The notes below the pieces were generated by a model. The model ran no database searches. It was not told the origin of the DNA and saw only the letters and a list, made by a program, of their open reading frames with translations. The translations under genes were made by a program, and so were the position numbers. Shown one piece after another: positions 29,687-39,490 of a stretch of 40,033 nucleotides of DNA (position 1 is the first letter of the stretch; every line of letters begins with the position of its first letter). The stretch is from an uncultured Rickettsiales bacterium (GTDB taxonomy: Bacteria > Pseudomonadota > Alphaproteobacteria > Rickettsiales > JABIRX01). The DNA is taken from positions 1 to 40,033 of the forward strand of contig CAXDRM010000003.1 of assembly GCA_963991775.1 (NCBI GenBank), given 5' to 3'.

Positions 29687-30289
29687 ACGTCTCTTTTGCC
29701 ACAAAATATAAGCAATGATCAAGCTGGCAATTGAGACGACAGTGATAATAGTAGCTATTTTGAGATTAGCTTTAATTAATTCGGCACTATGACCAAATAG
29801 CATTCCTATTAATGTAAGTACCAACATCCAGATACCTGAACCTAAAAAAGTACATGCAGAAAATTTCTTCTGACACATACCAGATAAACCAGCTGGTATT
29901 GAGATATATTGTCTAAGACCAGGAATTAATCTGCCAGTAAAGGTAGAAATAACCCCATGTTTTTGGAAGAAATCTTGAGTCTTATTTAATTGCTTCTCAC
30001 CAAAAAAGAAATATTTACCATATTGCTTGATAAATTTAATACCTAAAAACTTAGCTAAATAATAATTGATAAAAGCTCCTGCTAAACTACCTGCAATACC
30101 GGAAAGCACCACCAAAGCAAAAGATAACTTACCTTTTGCAACCAAGTAACCAGCTGGAATCATTACCAACTCACTTGGAAAAGGCACAAAACTACTTTCA
30201 ATTGTCATTAAGAAAAAAATTATCCAATAATTATATTGCTCAATTATTAGAGTTAAATCTCCAAGTAAGTCTAAAAAAAATTCCTGCAT
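29681..30289 (-). CDS. DedA family membrane protein
   Basis: IESSFVPFPSELVMIPAG, GRLIPGLRQYISIPAG motifs. Confidence 0.93.
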   Translation of the reverse strand: MQEFFLDLLGDLTLIIEQYNYWIIFFLMTIESSFVPFPSELVMIPAGYLVAKGKLSFALVVLSGIAGSLAGAFINYYLAKFLGIKFIKQYGKYFFFGEKQLNKTQDFFQKHGVISTFTGRLIPGLRQYISIPAGLSGMCQKKFSACTFLGSGIWMLVLTLIGMLFGHSAELIKANLKIATIITVVSIASLIIAYILWQKRRS

Positions 30290-31287
30290 TAAAAAGATTT
30301 TAATTGGTTAAGTTTTGCAAAAGCCTGCCCATTGCTTAAAATATCTTGCGCCAAATTTACTCCTTCCTGAATATTACTGACTTTTTCCGCAAGGTATAAA
30401 GCTATAGCTGAATTGAGAGCTACCATATCACTATAAGCATTTTGCTCACCTTGAAAAATTTTTAGCATTTCTCTAGCATTATGTTCTGCATCGCCACCCC
30501 TAATATCTGCTAAGCTAGCAAGCTCAAAACCAAAATCACTAGGGTAAATAGTAGTATTGCTAATTTTACCTGAATTAATCTCTACTAAATCAGTTGGTGC
30601 AGCGATGGAAGCCTCATCTAAACCATCTTGACTATTTAATAAAATCACTCGCAAAAAATCCAATTGCTTTACTACTGCGCTATATTTCTCAAAAAGCTCT
30701 GCACTATATAATCCTATTAGCTGTTTCTTGGGCCCTACTGGATTAAGTAAAGGTCCAATCAAATTAAATATGGTTCTTACGCCAAGATTTTTTCTCAAAG
30801 GACCAACATTAGCTAAAGCTGGGTGATAATGTGGAGCAAATAAAAAAGCTATATCAATTTCTGCTAAGGCATTTTTAGCTTGTTCTGCCGCCATATCAAT
30901 ATCAACTCCAAGCTTTTGCAGTACATCAGAAGATCCAGATTTTGAACTAACCGAACGATTACCATGTTTAGCAACCTTTATATCACAACTTGCTACTACA
31001 AAAGCTACAGCTGTAGAAATATTTAAAGTATTTTGTCCATCACCACCGGTACCACAAACATCAATAAGATTATCTGCATTATAAGAAATCTTTGTAGATT
31101 TTTCTTTTAGTAATGTGACTAAATTATAAAGAGCTTCAACTGTTTCACCGCGCAGAGTTAAGCCATATAGCAAAGCAGCAGCTTGTTCAGCATTAATCTT
31201 ACCAGCTATTAATTCTGAGAAGAATAAAAAATACTCACCATCTGTGAGCTCCTTACCATTTTGAATTTTTTTGAGGAGATCTTGCAT
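30289..31287 (-). CDS. trpD: Anthranilate phosphoribosyltransferase
   Basis: DVCGTGGDG, NISTA, KHGNRSVSSKSGSSD, RTIFNLIGPLLNP, GLDE. Confidence 0.96.
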   Translation of the reverse strand: MQDLLKKIQNGKELTDGEYFLFFSELIAGKINAEQAAALLYGLTLRGETVEALYNLVTLLKEKSTKISYNADNLIDVCGTGGDGQNTLNISTAVAFVVASCDIKVAKHGNRSVSSKSGSSDVLQKLGVDIDMAAEQAKNALAEIDIAFLFAPHYHPALANVGPLRKNLGVRTIFNLIGPLLNPVGPKKQLIGLYSAELFEKYSAVVKQLDFLRVILLNSQDGLDEASIAAPTDLVEINSGKISNTTIYPSDFGFELASLADIRGGDAEHNAREMLKIFQGEQNAYSDMVALNSAIALYLAEKVSNIQEGVNLAQDILSNGQAFAKLNQLKSF

Positions 31288-31290
31288 TAT

Positions 31291-32013
31291 TTATGAAATT
31301 ACTTTTAAGAAAGCTCTTTCTAAACTATCAGCTTTATATTTATTTTTAAATTGCTTTGCAGTACCTAAGAAATTTAAGCTGCCTTTATGAATAACACCTA
31401 TGCGATCACAAATCTCGTCAATATCAGATAAAATATGTGAACTAAAAAATACTGTATTACCCTCTGCCGCATAAGCCCTCAGTAAATCTTTTAACTTAAT
31501 ACGCACATGTGGATCAAGACCACTCATTGGCTCATCTAGAATTAGTAAAGGAGCACCTGAAAGAAACATCGAGATCAAACCAAGCTTCTGTCCCATACCT
31601 TTAGAATATTTAGTCACTTTATTATCAAGTGCATTCTTATCTAAATCTAGATTTTTTGCATAATATAAGGCTTTTTTATGATTATATTCTTTATTAAAAT
31701 AACCCATAGATAAAGATAAAAATTCTTTACCTTTAAGATATGATGAAGGTTGAAATTTCTCCGGCAGGTAAGAAATATTCTTACGCGATTCTTTATTAGT
31801 AGAATCTACTCCAAAAATATTTACAGCACCTTTATCTGCACGAAGTAAATCTAAGATAATTTTAATTAATGTAGTTTTACCAATACCATTAACACCAATA
31901 AGGCCAAAAATTTCACCTTCTTTAATAGTAAAATCAAAATTCTTTAAAACTTTTTTGCTTTTAAAATCTTTACTTAATTTTTTGATTTCTAAGATATCTT
32001 TCTTTTTGCTCAT
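31291..32013 (-). CDS. ABC transporter ATP-binding protein (ABC-2 exporter-like); no permease adjacent
   Basis: Walker A GVNGIGKT, signature YSKGM, Walker B LILDEP, switch SSH. Confidence 0.92.
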   Translation of the reverse strand: MSKKKDILEIKKLSKDFKSKKVLKNFDFTIKEGEIFGLIGVNGIGKTTLIKIILDLLRADKGAVNIFGVDSTNKESRKNISYLPEKFQPSSYLKGKEFLSLSMGYFNKEYNHKKALYYAKNLDLDKNALDNKVTKYSKGMGQKLGLISMFLSGAPLLILDEPMSGLDPHVRIKLKDLLRAYAAEGNTVFFSSHILSDIDEICDRIGVIHKGSLNFLGTAKQFKNKYKADSLERAFLKVIS

Positions 32014-32022
32014 TTTAACCTG

Positions 32023-32991
32023 TTAGTCTTTTTTGATTCTTCCTTCTCTAATAAATACTCCATCCGTAATCTCAAATGATTGATTAGGCTCTAAGCCAAA
32101 TTCTACAGTGGCTATATTATCAATGATTTCAACACTAGTATCAAAAGGTAAATTATTATTTTCTTTAGCAAATTCTAACCAATCCACAAATTTAGCATAA
32201 CCTGTTACCCATTTAAAACGTACATAGTCAGTTGCAATACTTATGATCTCTAGCTCAGAAGAATTCTTATCTGCAGAAATTCTATTATCATTTAACCAAA
32301 TAACCCATTGCTCCTCACCAAAAAATAAAATTGAGTTTAGATAAAAAGACACCACATTTTTAGTTTTAACTTCTTGTTCAACCTCAACTTCAGCTAACAT
32401 ATCAGCCTCATCAAATAGGCCAACTTCTAATTCAACTCCACGTACTGCTGCCTCTTTCACTTCTGCTATCTTTTCTATAACTTCAACACTGTAAAATAAT
32501 GAAGCTCTCATTAAATTTTTATACATGATTTTATCAGCCTGCTCTTGCGCTGCTGCTAATTCTGCTTTTCTTTTCTCTGCTCTTGCCTGTAACTCTTCTA
32601 AACTAAGTGCTTCATCTTGATTAAGATTTTCATATTTAACAATCTCTAATAAAATATTTACACTTTCAGTATAATCAGCGAGTTCTTCCACCTCAGTAGC
32701 TTCCACTACTTCAACAACTTCCTCAACTTCAGCAGCTTGCTCAACTTTCTGAATATTTTCATCTTTTACTGGTTCTGCTACATCAACTGCTTGAACCTCT
32801 TGCTCTTCCGAATCAATCTCCAAATCCTGATCAATGGCTAGAGCTTCTAGCTGCTGATCTTGCTCTACTATATTTTCTAAGATATTTTTTTCAGCTGCTA
32901 GAATATCTTGATCAGCTGCTACATTCTCAGTTTCAACAGCAAAGACCGACTTCACAAAAAATAATAATGTTAAAAAGATAAGATTTTTCAT
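32023..32991 (-). CDS. Exported protein with acidic low-complexity N-terminal region; possible PilP/GspC-like alignment subunit
   Basis: Signal-peptide-like N-terminus, Glu/Val/Ala-rich stretch, C-terminal beta-rich segment FYLNSILFF...WVIWLND; assignment mainly from operon position. Confidence 0.45.
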   Translation of the reverse strand: MKNLIFLTLLFFVKSVFAVETENVAADQDILAAEKNILENIVEQDQQLEALAIDQDLEIDSEEQEVQAVDVAEPVKDENIQKVEQAAEVEEVVEVVEATEVEELADYTESVNILLEIVKYENLNQDEALSLEELQARAEKRKAELAAAQEQADKIMYKNLMRASLFYSVEVIEKIAEVKEAAVRGVELEVGLFDEADMLAEVEVEQEVKTKNVVSFYLNSILFFGEEQWVIWLNDNRISADKNSSELEIISIATDYVRFKWVTGYAKFVDWLEFAKENNNLPFDTSVEIIDNIATVEFGLEPNQSFEITDGVFIREGRIKKD

Positions 32992-33605
32992 TGCTCTTTT
33001 AACTCACGCCAAGATAAATCAAGTTTTGCATGCACAGAAGATACGGAAGTACCTTTTGATAATGATGAAAAGAAATCCTTAGTTATTGCTTGCTCTTGCT
33101 TAATTGTGTAGCTGTTAACTTTAAAATAACCTGGAAATCTAGTTTTAAGATCATAGATAAACATCATCACTTCAACATCTGTTAAACCTCTGACTACAAT
33201 ATTAATATCGCTAGCTTCAGCACTAATTTTTTTACCACGATACTGACCAGGCATAATAAATGGCTTAGACATCTTGATATCAAGATCTTTAAATTCATAT
33301 TTTAATTTCAGCTCATCCAGAATTTTTCTTGCAACTCCAATATCTAAACCGGTGAAAGCTGATTTCTCAGAAGTTAAAATATCCCAGGTAACCATCGCCT
33401 CTTCAATATCTTCTGATTTAGTATTAAAATTATCTATATCTCTTTGATATTCTTTGAGCTTACTATTAATACTACGCTCTTGCTTTAAGTATTTTTCACT
33501 ATTCTTACTAAAATAAGCATTCATAAAATATAAACCAGCTAAGCAAGATATTAAGATCGCTGCTTTTATGCCAATAGTAATTTTTAGTTTTTTAATCGTG
33601 ATCAT
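32988..33605 (-). CDS. Bitopic membrane protein; possible PilO/GspM-like subunit
   Basis: One N-terminal TM helix, coiled coil, then an alpha/beta domain; follows the PilM/N-like gene with an ATGA overlap. Confidence 0.5.
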   Translation of the reverse strand: MITIKKLKITIGIKAAILISCLAGLYFMNAYFSKNSEKYLKQERSINSKLKEYQRDIDNFNTKSEDIEEAMVTWDILTSEKSAFTGLDIGVARKILDELKLKYEFKDLDIKMSKPFIMPGQYRGKKISAEASDINIVVRGLTDVEVMMFIYDLKTRFPGYFKVNSYTIKQEQAITKDFFSSLSKGTSVSSVHAKLDLSWRELKEQ

Positions 33606-35110
33606 TTTAAAGCTCGTGAAATAGAAAAACTAATAGGAATATTATCTAAATTAACATCAAAATTAATCGTATCTGGTAATTCAGAGTGAGTAATATCGAA
33701 ATCATTAAATTCTGTTTTTAAATCTCGGATAAAAGCATCATATTTAGAAAACAACTCTTCATAGGTAAGCTTGTTACCGATAAAATTACCATTAATTTTT
33801 AAAGTAATTTTATTATCTTTTGAAGCGTCCCAACTATAATCATTAACCTTAATATGCTCCGGCATAATTTTAGCTAAACGCATTATTTCATCCAAAGGGT
33901 TTGAAACATCTTTCTTAAGTAGATTATGTAATCTTGCCACGTCAATTACTTTATCTTCTTCTATGTCAAAGCCAAAAGTGTCTTGCCTTACATTTTCTAA
34001 TTTGGAAGATATTTTGCTTTGCTTAAATTTTAGCTGCTCAACATCTTTTTTCAAATTATGGAAGCTATGAAACTTATATAATGAAAATATTACCACAGCA
34101 AAAGCAGCAAATAATGATGCTACAGTCAAACCAACATTAACATTTAAGAAGGTTGAGATCTTTTCAAGATTCTTGGTTAGAAAGCCAAGATATTTACCCT
34201 TATTAACAAAATAAGCACTAAGGTCTTGATCAAAATGATTTAGACGTGAAGATGGTATAGTTTTTGGATAAGCTTGTTTTAAGAAAAGATTATAATCCAC
34301 ATATTGTACATTATAAATCTGTAGGCTCGACCAATCATAATTAGTTTTTAGCTCTTCATAGATCATTAAATATAAGCAAATTCCATCCTTATCTTTAAAA
34401 CCTATTCTGCGTAAAAATTCTACCGTACCTAAAATTTGGTTTTTAAGAGTCTCAACATTATCTACAGAGAGCTGCTCTCTTTCAAAACTTAATGATCTAC
34501 TAAAAACAATCTGCTGATTTTTAGTAACAATAATTCTGAATGCACCAACCTTACTTTGTACCACAATCATTTTCCAAAGTGGCTGTGCTGTCTTTTTAAC
34601 TTTTTTTTCCTTAGTTTTGACAGAGCATATTTCTACAATATTTTGCAACTCAATCGGCAAAGAGTAAATCGCATCAATATTATTAGAAAATCTTTCCAAA
34701 TATTTTAACCAATCAGTCAAAGGTGGTAAAAAGGCAATATTTACCAAAACATAGCTTTGACTAGTCTTGCTTTTATCAGTTTTTTTAACTTGGAAGTAAT
34801 TATAAATATCATCCTTGTTAAAATCTTTTTTAACTCTTCTTTGTAGTAGCTTTTTTACAATTAATGGATTTGAAGATGGTACTTTAATTTCTTTAAAACT
34901 TTGCTCACTTGAATCACATAAAAGATAGATAGGAACTTTTTGGTTTTTTCTAATTAGAGTTGAGAATTCTTTAATGTTAGGATCTTCCACTCCTTTAACA
35001 AAAAGAGACTTAACTGGTTGCCCTTTATGAAACAAAGTAAGATATGCGCCTGAATCACCAAAAAATAAAACCAGCTTTTTAAAAATTATTTTTTGAAAAA
35101 CACTTAACAT
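33602..35110 (-). CDS. Possible PilM-PilN fusion / GspL-like platform protein
   Basis: Large cytoplasmic N-terminal domain (about 320 aa), single TM (VGLTVASLFAAFAVVIFSL), coiled coil and small periplasmic domain; lies directly after the GspF/PilC-family gene. Confidence 0.55.
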   Translation of the reverse strand: MLSVFQKIIFKKLVLFFGDSGAYLTLFHKGQPVKSLFVKGVEDPNIKEFSTLIRKNQKVPIYLLCDSSEQSFKEIKVPSSNPLIVKKLLQRRVKKDFNKDDIYNYFQVKKTDKSKTSQSYVLVNIAFLPPLTDWLKYLERFSNNIDAIYSLPIELQNIVEICSVKTKEKKVKKTAQPLWKMIVVQSKVGAFRIIVTKNQQIVFSRSLSFEREQLSVDNVETLKNQILGTVEFLRRIGFKDKDGICLYLMIYEELKTNYDWSSLQIYNVQYVDYNLFLKQAYPKTIPSSRLNHFDQDLSAYFVNKGKYLGFLTKNLEKISTFLNVNVGLTVASLFAAFAVVIFSLYKFHSFHNLKKDVEQLKFKQSKISSKLENVRQDTFGFDIEEDKVIDVARLHNLLKKDVSNPLDEIMRLAKIMPEHIKVNDYSWDASKDNKITLKINGNFIGNKLTYEELFSKYDAFIRDLKTEFNDFDITHSELPDTINFDVNLDNIPISFSISRALK

Positions 35111-35113
35111 AAT

Positions 35114-36322
35114 CTACTGAATATTACTAAAACTCGAATATAACGGACCAAATACAGAAAGTGATATCCACATTAGCAGACCACCCATTACTATAGTAAG
35201 TGCTGGCTGAATGATACCGACCATAGAATCTACTGAATCATTAACTTCCTTATCAAAAAAGAACTTCACATTCTCTAAAGAATCACCCATATTTCCCGTT
35301 CTTTCACCAACTTCAAACATCCTAATTACTAGATTAGGAAAACGACCTGAAGTTTTAAGCGCTTCACTGATAGAACTACCCTCAGAAACATCCTGACTAA
35401 TTTCGCTAATCGTTTTTCTAACTACACGATTTTGTACAACACGCGACACAATGTTAAAACATTCCATTACATCAATACCACTTCTAAAAGTAATTAAGAA
35501 AAACTGACTAAAACGTGCCACATCAATCTTTAACAAGGTTTTACCAATAAAAGGTACCGACAATATAACACGGTCATAAGCATAGGCATAAGCATCATTA
35601 AATTTATAAAATAACTTACTGCCAATCACAAATACTATAGGCACTACTATCATTAACTTCCAATATACTTTAAAAAATTCTGAAAAATTGATCAGAGCCT
35701 GCGTATAAAAAGGCAGTGAAAAATTTTGTTTAAGTAGAAAATCAGATAATTTTGGGATTACCACCACCATCATTACCGATGTAACAATGAACAAAATTAC
35801 CAGTAAAAACAAAGGATACCTGATCGCCTTTTTGGTTTTTCTTTTAATTTCTGCACTCCATTTTAAATGCTCTGCTAGGTAAGCAAATGACTGACTCAAA
35901 TTACCAGTCTCTTCACCAGCTTTAACTAAACCCACAAAAACATCGTCAAAAATTGTAGGATGCTCAGCCATAGCTTCAGAAAGCATTCTACCTGATTTTA
36001 CAGATTCGTGAATTTCCTGCATCAAATCTCTAAATTTGGTATTATCTTCTGAATCTCGTAAATCCTCAATTGCCTGAGTAATTGGAACACCTGCCTTATC
36101 TAGCTGTTCAAAGTGAGTACATAATAGGATTAGATCTTTAACTTTAAGACTCCCTGAAGAAAGACTTAGAGAGAAAAATGATTTACCAACTTCTTTATTA
36201 CTGATTAATTCTAAACCGATTTCGCTAAGCTTAAATTCGAGATCATCATAATTTTCAGCATTCATTGAACCTCTGAACTGCTTTCCATCATCATTGATCG
36301 CGAGATAAATATAATTCGGCAT
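35114..36322 (-). CDS. pilC: Type II secretion/type IV pilus inner-membrane platform protein (GspF/PilC family)
   Basis: AGVPI, AGEETGNL, IRYP, VVIPK, VGERTG, IQP motifs; three TM segments. Confidence 0.92.
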   Translation of the reverse strand: MPNYIYLAINDDGKQFRGSMNAENYDDLEFKLSEIGLELISNKEVGKSFFSLSLSSGSLKVKDLILLCTHFEQLDKAGVPITQAIEDLRDSEDNTKFRDLMQEIHESVKSGRMLSEAMAEHPTIFDDVFVGLVKAGEETGNLSQSFAYLAEHLKWSAEIKRKTKKAIRYPLFLLVILFIVTSVMMVVVIPKLSDFLLKQNFSLPFYTQALINFSEFFKVYWKLMIVVPIVFVIGSKLFYKFNDAYAYAYDRVILSVPFIGKTLLKIDVARFSQFFLITFRSGIDVMECFNIVSRVVQNRVVRKTISEISQDVSEGSSISEALKTSGRFPNLVIRMFEVGERTGNMGDSLENVKFFFDKEVNDSVDSMVGIIQPALTIVMGGLLMWISLSVFGPLYSSFSNIQ

Positions 36323-36325
36323 TTT

Positions 36326-38155
36326 TTACAACCTATCAGTCAAATCTATATTCCTGATTAATTCTTCTAAATCAGTCAAACCTTCCAACACTTTTAGAAC
36401 ACCATCTTGATCCATAGTAACAAAACCTTCGCTCTTAGCTTGACCTAAAATTGCATTGCTAGTTTTTTGCAAAGCAATCATCTCATCAACTTCTCTAGTA
36501 ATTTCTAAAATTTCTGACACTGCAATTCGACCTTTATAACCTGTATGATTACATTTTGGACAACCATCATGCACATAAATTGTTGGTGGATTTTCTGGAT
36601 CAACACCCATAATACGGCATTCTTCTGCATCAGCAATTTTAGCCTTTTTACAATGGTTACACAGCAACCTTACTAATCTTTGCGCAACACAACAAATTAA
36701 AGCACCTGAAAGTAAAAATGGCTTAACACCAATATCTGATAATCTAGAAATAACACCAACTGCATCATTAGTATGTAAAGTAGTAAATACTTGGTGACCA
36801 GTCATTGCAGCTCTTACCGCAATACTTGCAGTTTCAGCATCACGAACCTCACCGACAAAAATTACATCCGGATCTTGTCTCATTAATGATTTAATACCTT
36901 CGACAAAATCTAAACTACCTTCCTTGATAGAGGTTTGCCTAATTAGAGGAATCTCATACTCAACCGGATCCTCCAAAGTCATAATATTTTTATCAACTGA
37001 GTTAATATAGTTAAGTATCGAATATAAGGTTGTGGTTTTACCACTACCAGTTGGACCTGTAACTACAATTACCCCTTCAGGCTTTTTTAATAATTTAGTA
37101 AGGATTTTTTGATTATGCTCACTATAACCTAACTTCTCCAGACTCACTAATGATTTAGCTTTATCTAAAATTCTGAGTACGATATTTTCTCCTTGTACAG
37201 TTGGCTGAGTTGCCACACGAAAGTCGACTTCTCTACCTAATACATTTGCCGTAGCATGACCATCTTGTGCCTTTCTACTTTCGGCAATATTCATACCAGA
37301 CATAATTTTTATTCTCACCGCAATTGGTGGCCAATAATCTTTATGGAAAGCTTTAATCTGACGCATCTTACCGTCAATTCTATAACGCAAACGCAAGAAG
37401 TTTTCTTCAGGCTCAAAGTGGATATCTGAAGATCCAGCATGTACTGCATCTATTAAAATAGAATCTACCAAACGTACTATCGGGTTTTTATAATCCTCAT
37501 TAGCACTATCAGCATTTAAACCTTGATCAGCACTTTCAATTTCTTTTAGGATGCCATCAATCGACATCTCATAATCATAATATTGATCAATGATTTCTAA
37601 GATTTCCGATTCAGGACTATAAACTGGCTCAATAACTAAATGAGGTGGAAAAAACTTTTTCACCTTATCTAGAGCAATAACATCATATACATCATGTACT
37701 GCAACTAGAACCTTACGAGCATCTATTGAAACTGGTAAAATTTTATGACGCAAGGCAATATCTTTAGGTATTTGCTTTATTAACTTTGCATCTAATACTA
37801 CTGACTTAAGATCAAATTTTTCAATACCAGATGTCGAAGAAATGGCTTCACCTAAAGCACTTTCAGTAATAAAACCCATTGATACTAAAACATCACCTAG
37901 CGAGGTTTGACCAGTCATGCTCATTTGCTTTTTAGCAACTAAAATTTGGTCATGTGAGATAATACCTTTTTCAGTAAGGATATCTTCTAATTTTGTTGCA
38001 GAATCTTCAGGAGCTACACCAGCCTGACCTAATAAAACTGAATTAGTAGAAGCCTCAGAAGCTGGAGGTTCAGGATTATCACTAACTTGATTAAAATTAG
38101 TGTTTTGCATTTGCTCGATTATATTTCGATCTTCTGAAAATTGTCTTTCAGTCAT
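36326..38155 (-). CDS. pilB: Type IV pilus/T2SS assembly ATPase (PilB/GspE family)
   Basis: SDIHFEP, RYRIDG, GPTGSGKTTTLY, TLEDPVE, RQDPDVIFVGEVRD, TGHQVFTTLHTN, tetracysteine CNHC...CPKC, GYKGR. Confidence 0.95.
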   Translation of the reverse strand: MTERQFSEDRNIIEQMQNTNFNQVSDNPEPPASEASTNSVLLGQAGVAPEDSATKLEDILTEKGIISHDQILVAKKQMSMTGQTSLGDVLVSMGFITESALGEAISSTSGIEKFDLKSVVLDAKLIKQIPKDIALRHKILPVSIDARKVLVAVHDVYDVIALDKVKKFFPPHLVIEPVYSPESEILEIIDQYYDYEMSIDGILKEIESADQGLNADSANEDYKNPIVRLVDSILIDAVHAGSSDIHFEPEENFLRLRYRIDGKMRQIKAFHKDYWPPIAVRIKIMSGMNIAESRKAQDGHATANVLGREVDFRVATQPTVQGENIVLRILDKAKSLVSLEKLGYSEHNQKILTKLLKKPEGVIVVTGPTGSGKTTTLYSILNYINSVDKNIMTLEDPVEYEIPLIRQTSIKEGSLDFVEGIKSLMRQDPDVIFVGEVRDAETASIAVRAAMTGHQVFTTLHTNDAVGVISRLSDIGVKPFLLSGALICCVAQRLVRLLCNHCKKAKIADAEECRIMGVDPENPPTIYVHDGCPKCNHTGYKGRIAVSEILEITREVDEMIALQKTSNAILGQAKSEGFVTMDQDGVLKVLEGLTDLEELIRNIDLTDRL

Positions 38156-38218
38156 ACGCCCATTATTTGCATTTAATTAATACTGAAATTTCTTTATTTA
38201 CAACTATATTTTTAGTTT

Positions 38219-38920
38219 TCATAAAGCGAGTTGCATTATACAAGTTTCTTTTTTTAGAGCCAGACAATATTCAGCAAAATTGCCTACTGGGCAGATACAT
38301 AATTTGTTATCTTCTTGCCAGCTTAATTCATGACCCTGATCAGCATATAAATTACCAGTTAAAGGCTTGCCATCATCAATCTTTTGATCATAGAGCTTTG
38401 CCTCAAAGCCCGATAAACATGACCAAGATAAATTACCAAAATTTTTATCTGCTGCGATACGCAAAAAATTTTGTTTTTTAGGAAAATGAAAATTTACATT
38501 ATTAAGCTTACTATCTGCTAAAATTTGCAAACCACATTTGCCCTTAGCTAATTCAGGCATATTTGCTGTAATTTTAGCATGTTGTAACTGCCTGTTATAA
38601 TTAAAATCATAAAAAATAAATTCTGTAACATCCAAATGTAACCACGCATTCAAGGTTTCATCTTGATCACTAACTAAATGATCACCATTGCCTGAATTTT
38701 GCTCAGGCCCAATTTTAGCAGCAAAAGGAAAATCACCAGGATAAAAATTATATTTATCCTTAAAATTATCTATTGCTTCAGCGTAGATATTTATCTGACC
38801 AATAGCTACCTGCAACTCAGCTTTATCTTTTAAATGATTTGCAGCTGATAAAAATATTGCAAATAAAGCGATAAAAATTAAGCTAATTGACAACTCTAAT
38901 AATGAGAACGCACTTTTCAT
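38219..38920 (-). CDS. Prepilin-type N-terminal cleavage/methylation protein (type IV pilin/pseudopilin)
   Basis: MKSA|FSLLEL with Glu5, YPGD, DQKIDDG, several Cys. ATG 38920 gives a short class III leader; upstream ATGs at 38959 and 38968 are alternatives. Confidence 0.85.
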   Translation of the reverse strand: MKSAFSLLELSISLIFIALFAIFLSAANHLKDKAELQVAIGQINIYAEAIDNFKDKYNFYPGDFPFAAKIGPEQNSGNGDHLVSDQDETLNAWLHLDVTEFIFYDFNYNRQLQHAKITANMPELAKGKCGLQILADSKLNNVNFHFPKKQNFLRIAADKNFGNLSWSCLSGFEAKLYDQKIDDGKPLTGNLYADQGHELSWQEDNKLCICPVGNFAEYCLALKKETCIMQLAL

Positions 38921-39455
38921 GTATAAAGATTTTAATAAAATATTATTTTTTAGCCTCATTTTAGCCATTTTAGTAATTATATATTACATAAACAAGGCAA
39001 ATGACAGCGCATTATACAATAAGATATTACATAAGCAACAATTAATTTCAGGAACTATTGATAAAATTATTGATGGTGACTCATTAATTGTTGCAGGCAA
39101 TGAAATTAGATTGCTTGATATTGATGCGCCTGAATATCTGCAAAGCTGTAATTTAGCAGATAAAACGGAATATCGCTGTGGCTTAAAGTCACTTAAAAAA
39201 CTTAAAGAGCTAACCAAAGGACAAAATCTTTCCTGCCAAATTCATGGTATTGATTATTATAAGCGTTATTTAGCAACTTGCTTCATTGAAAAATTAAATA
39301 TTAATGAAGCAATGATTCGTAGCGGCCATGCTGTTATTTATGATCATAATTCTGCATATTATAGTGCTGAGCAATATGCTAAAGAAAACCAACTAGGTCT
39401 GTGGCAAGGAGACTTTCTTCATCCAAAACAATATAGAAAATTGCACAAGAAATAA
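38919..39455 (+). CDS. Membrane-anchored thermonuclease (SNase-like) family protein
   Basis: N-terminal TM, IIDGDSL, IRLLDIDAPE, DYYKRYLA, AEQYAKENQLGLW. Confidence 0.9.
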   Translation: MYKDFNKILFFSLILAILVIIYYINKANDSALYNKILHKQQLISGTIDKIIDGDSLIVAGNEIRLLDIDAPEYLQSCNLADKTEYRCGLKSLKKLKELTKGQNLSCQIHGIDYYKRYLATCFIEKLNINEAMIRSGHAVIYDHNSAYYSAEQYAKENQLGLWQGDFLHPKQYRKLHKK

Positions 39456-39490
39456 CCACTAAAGGATCTCTCAGCAACTTATAATTTAAT

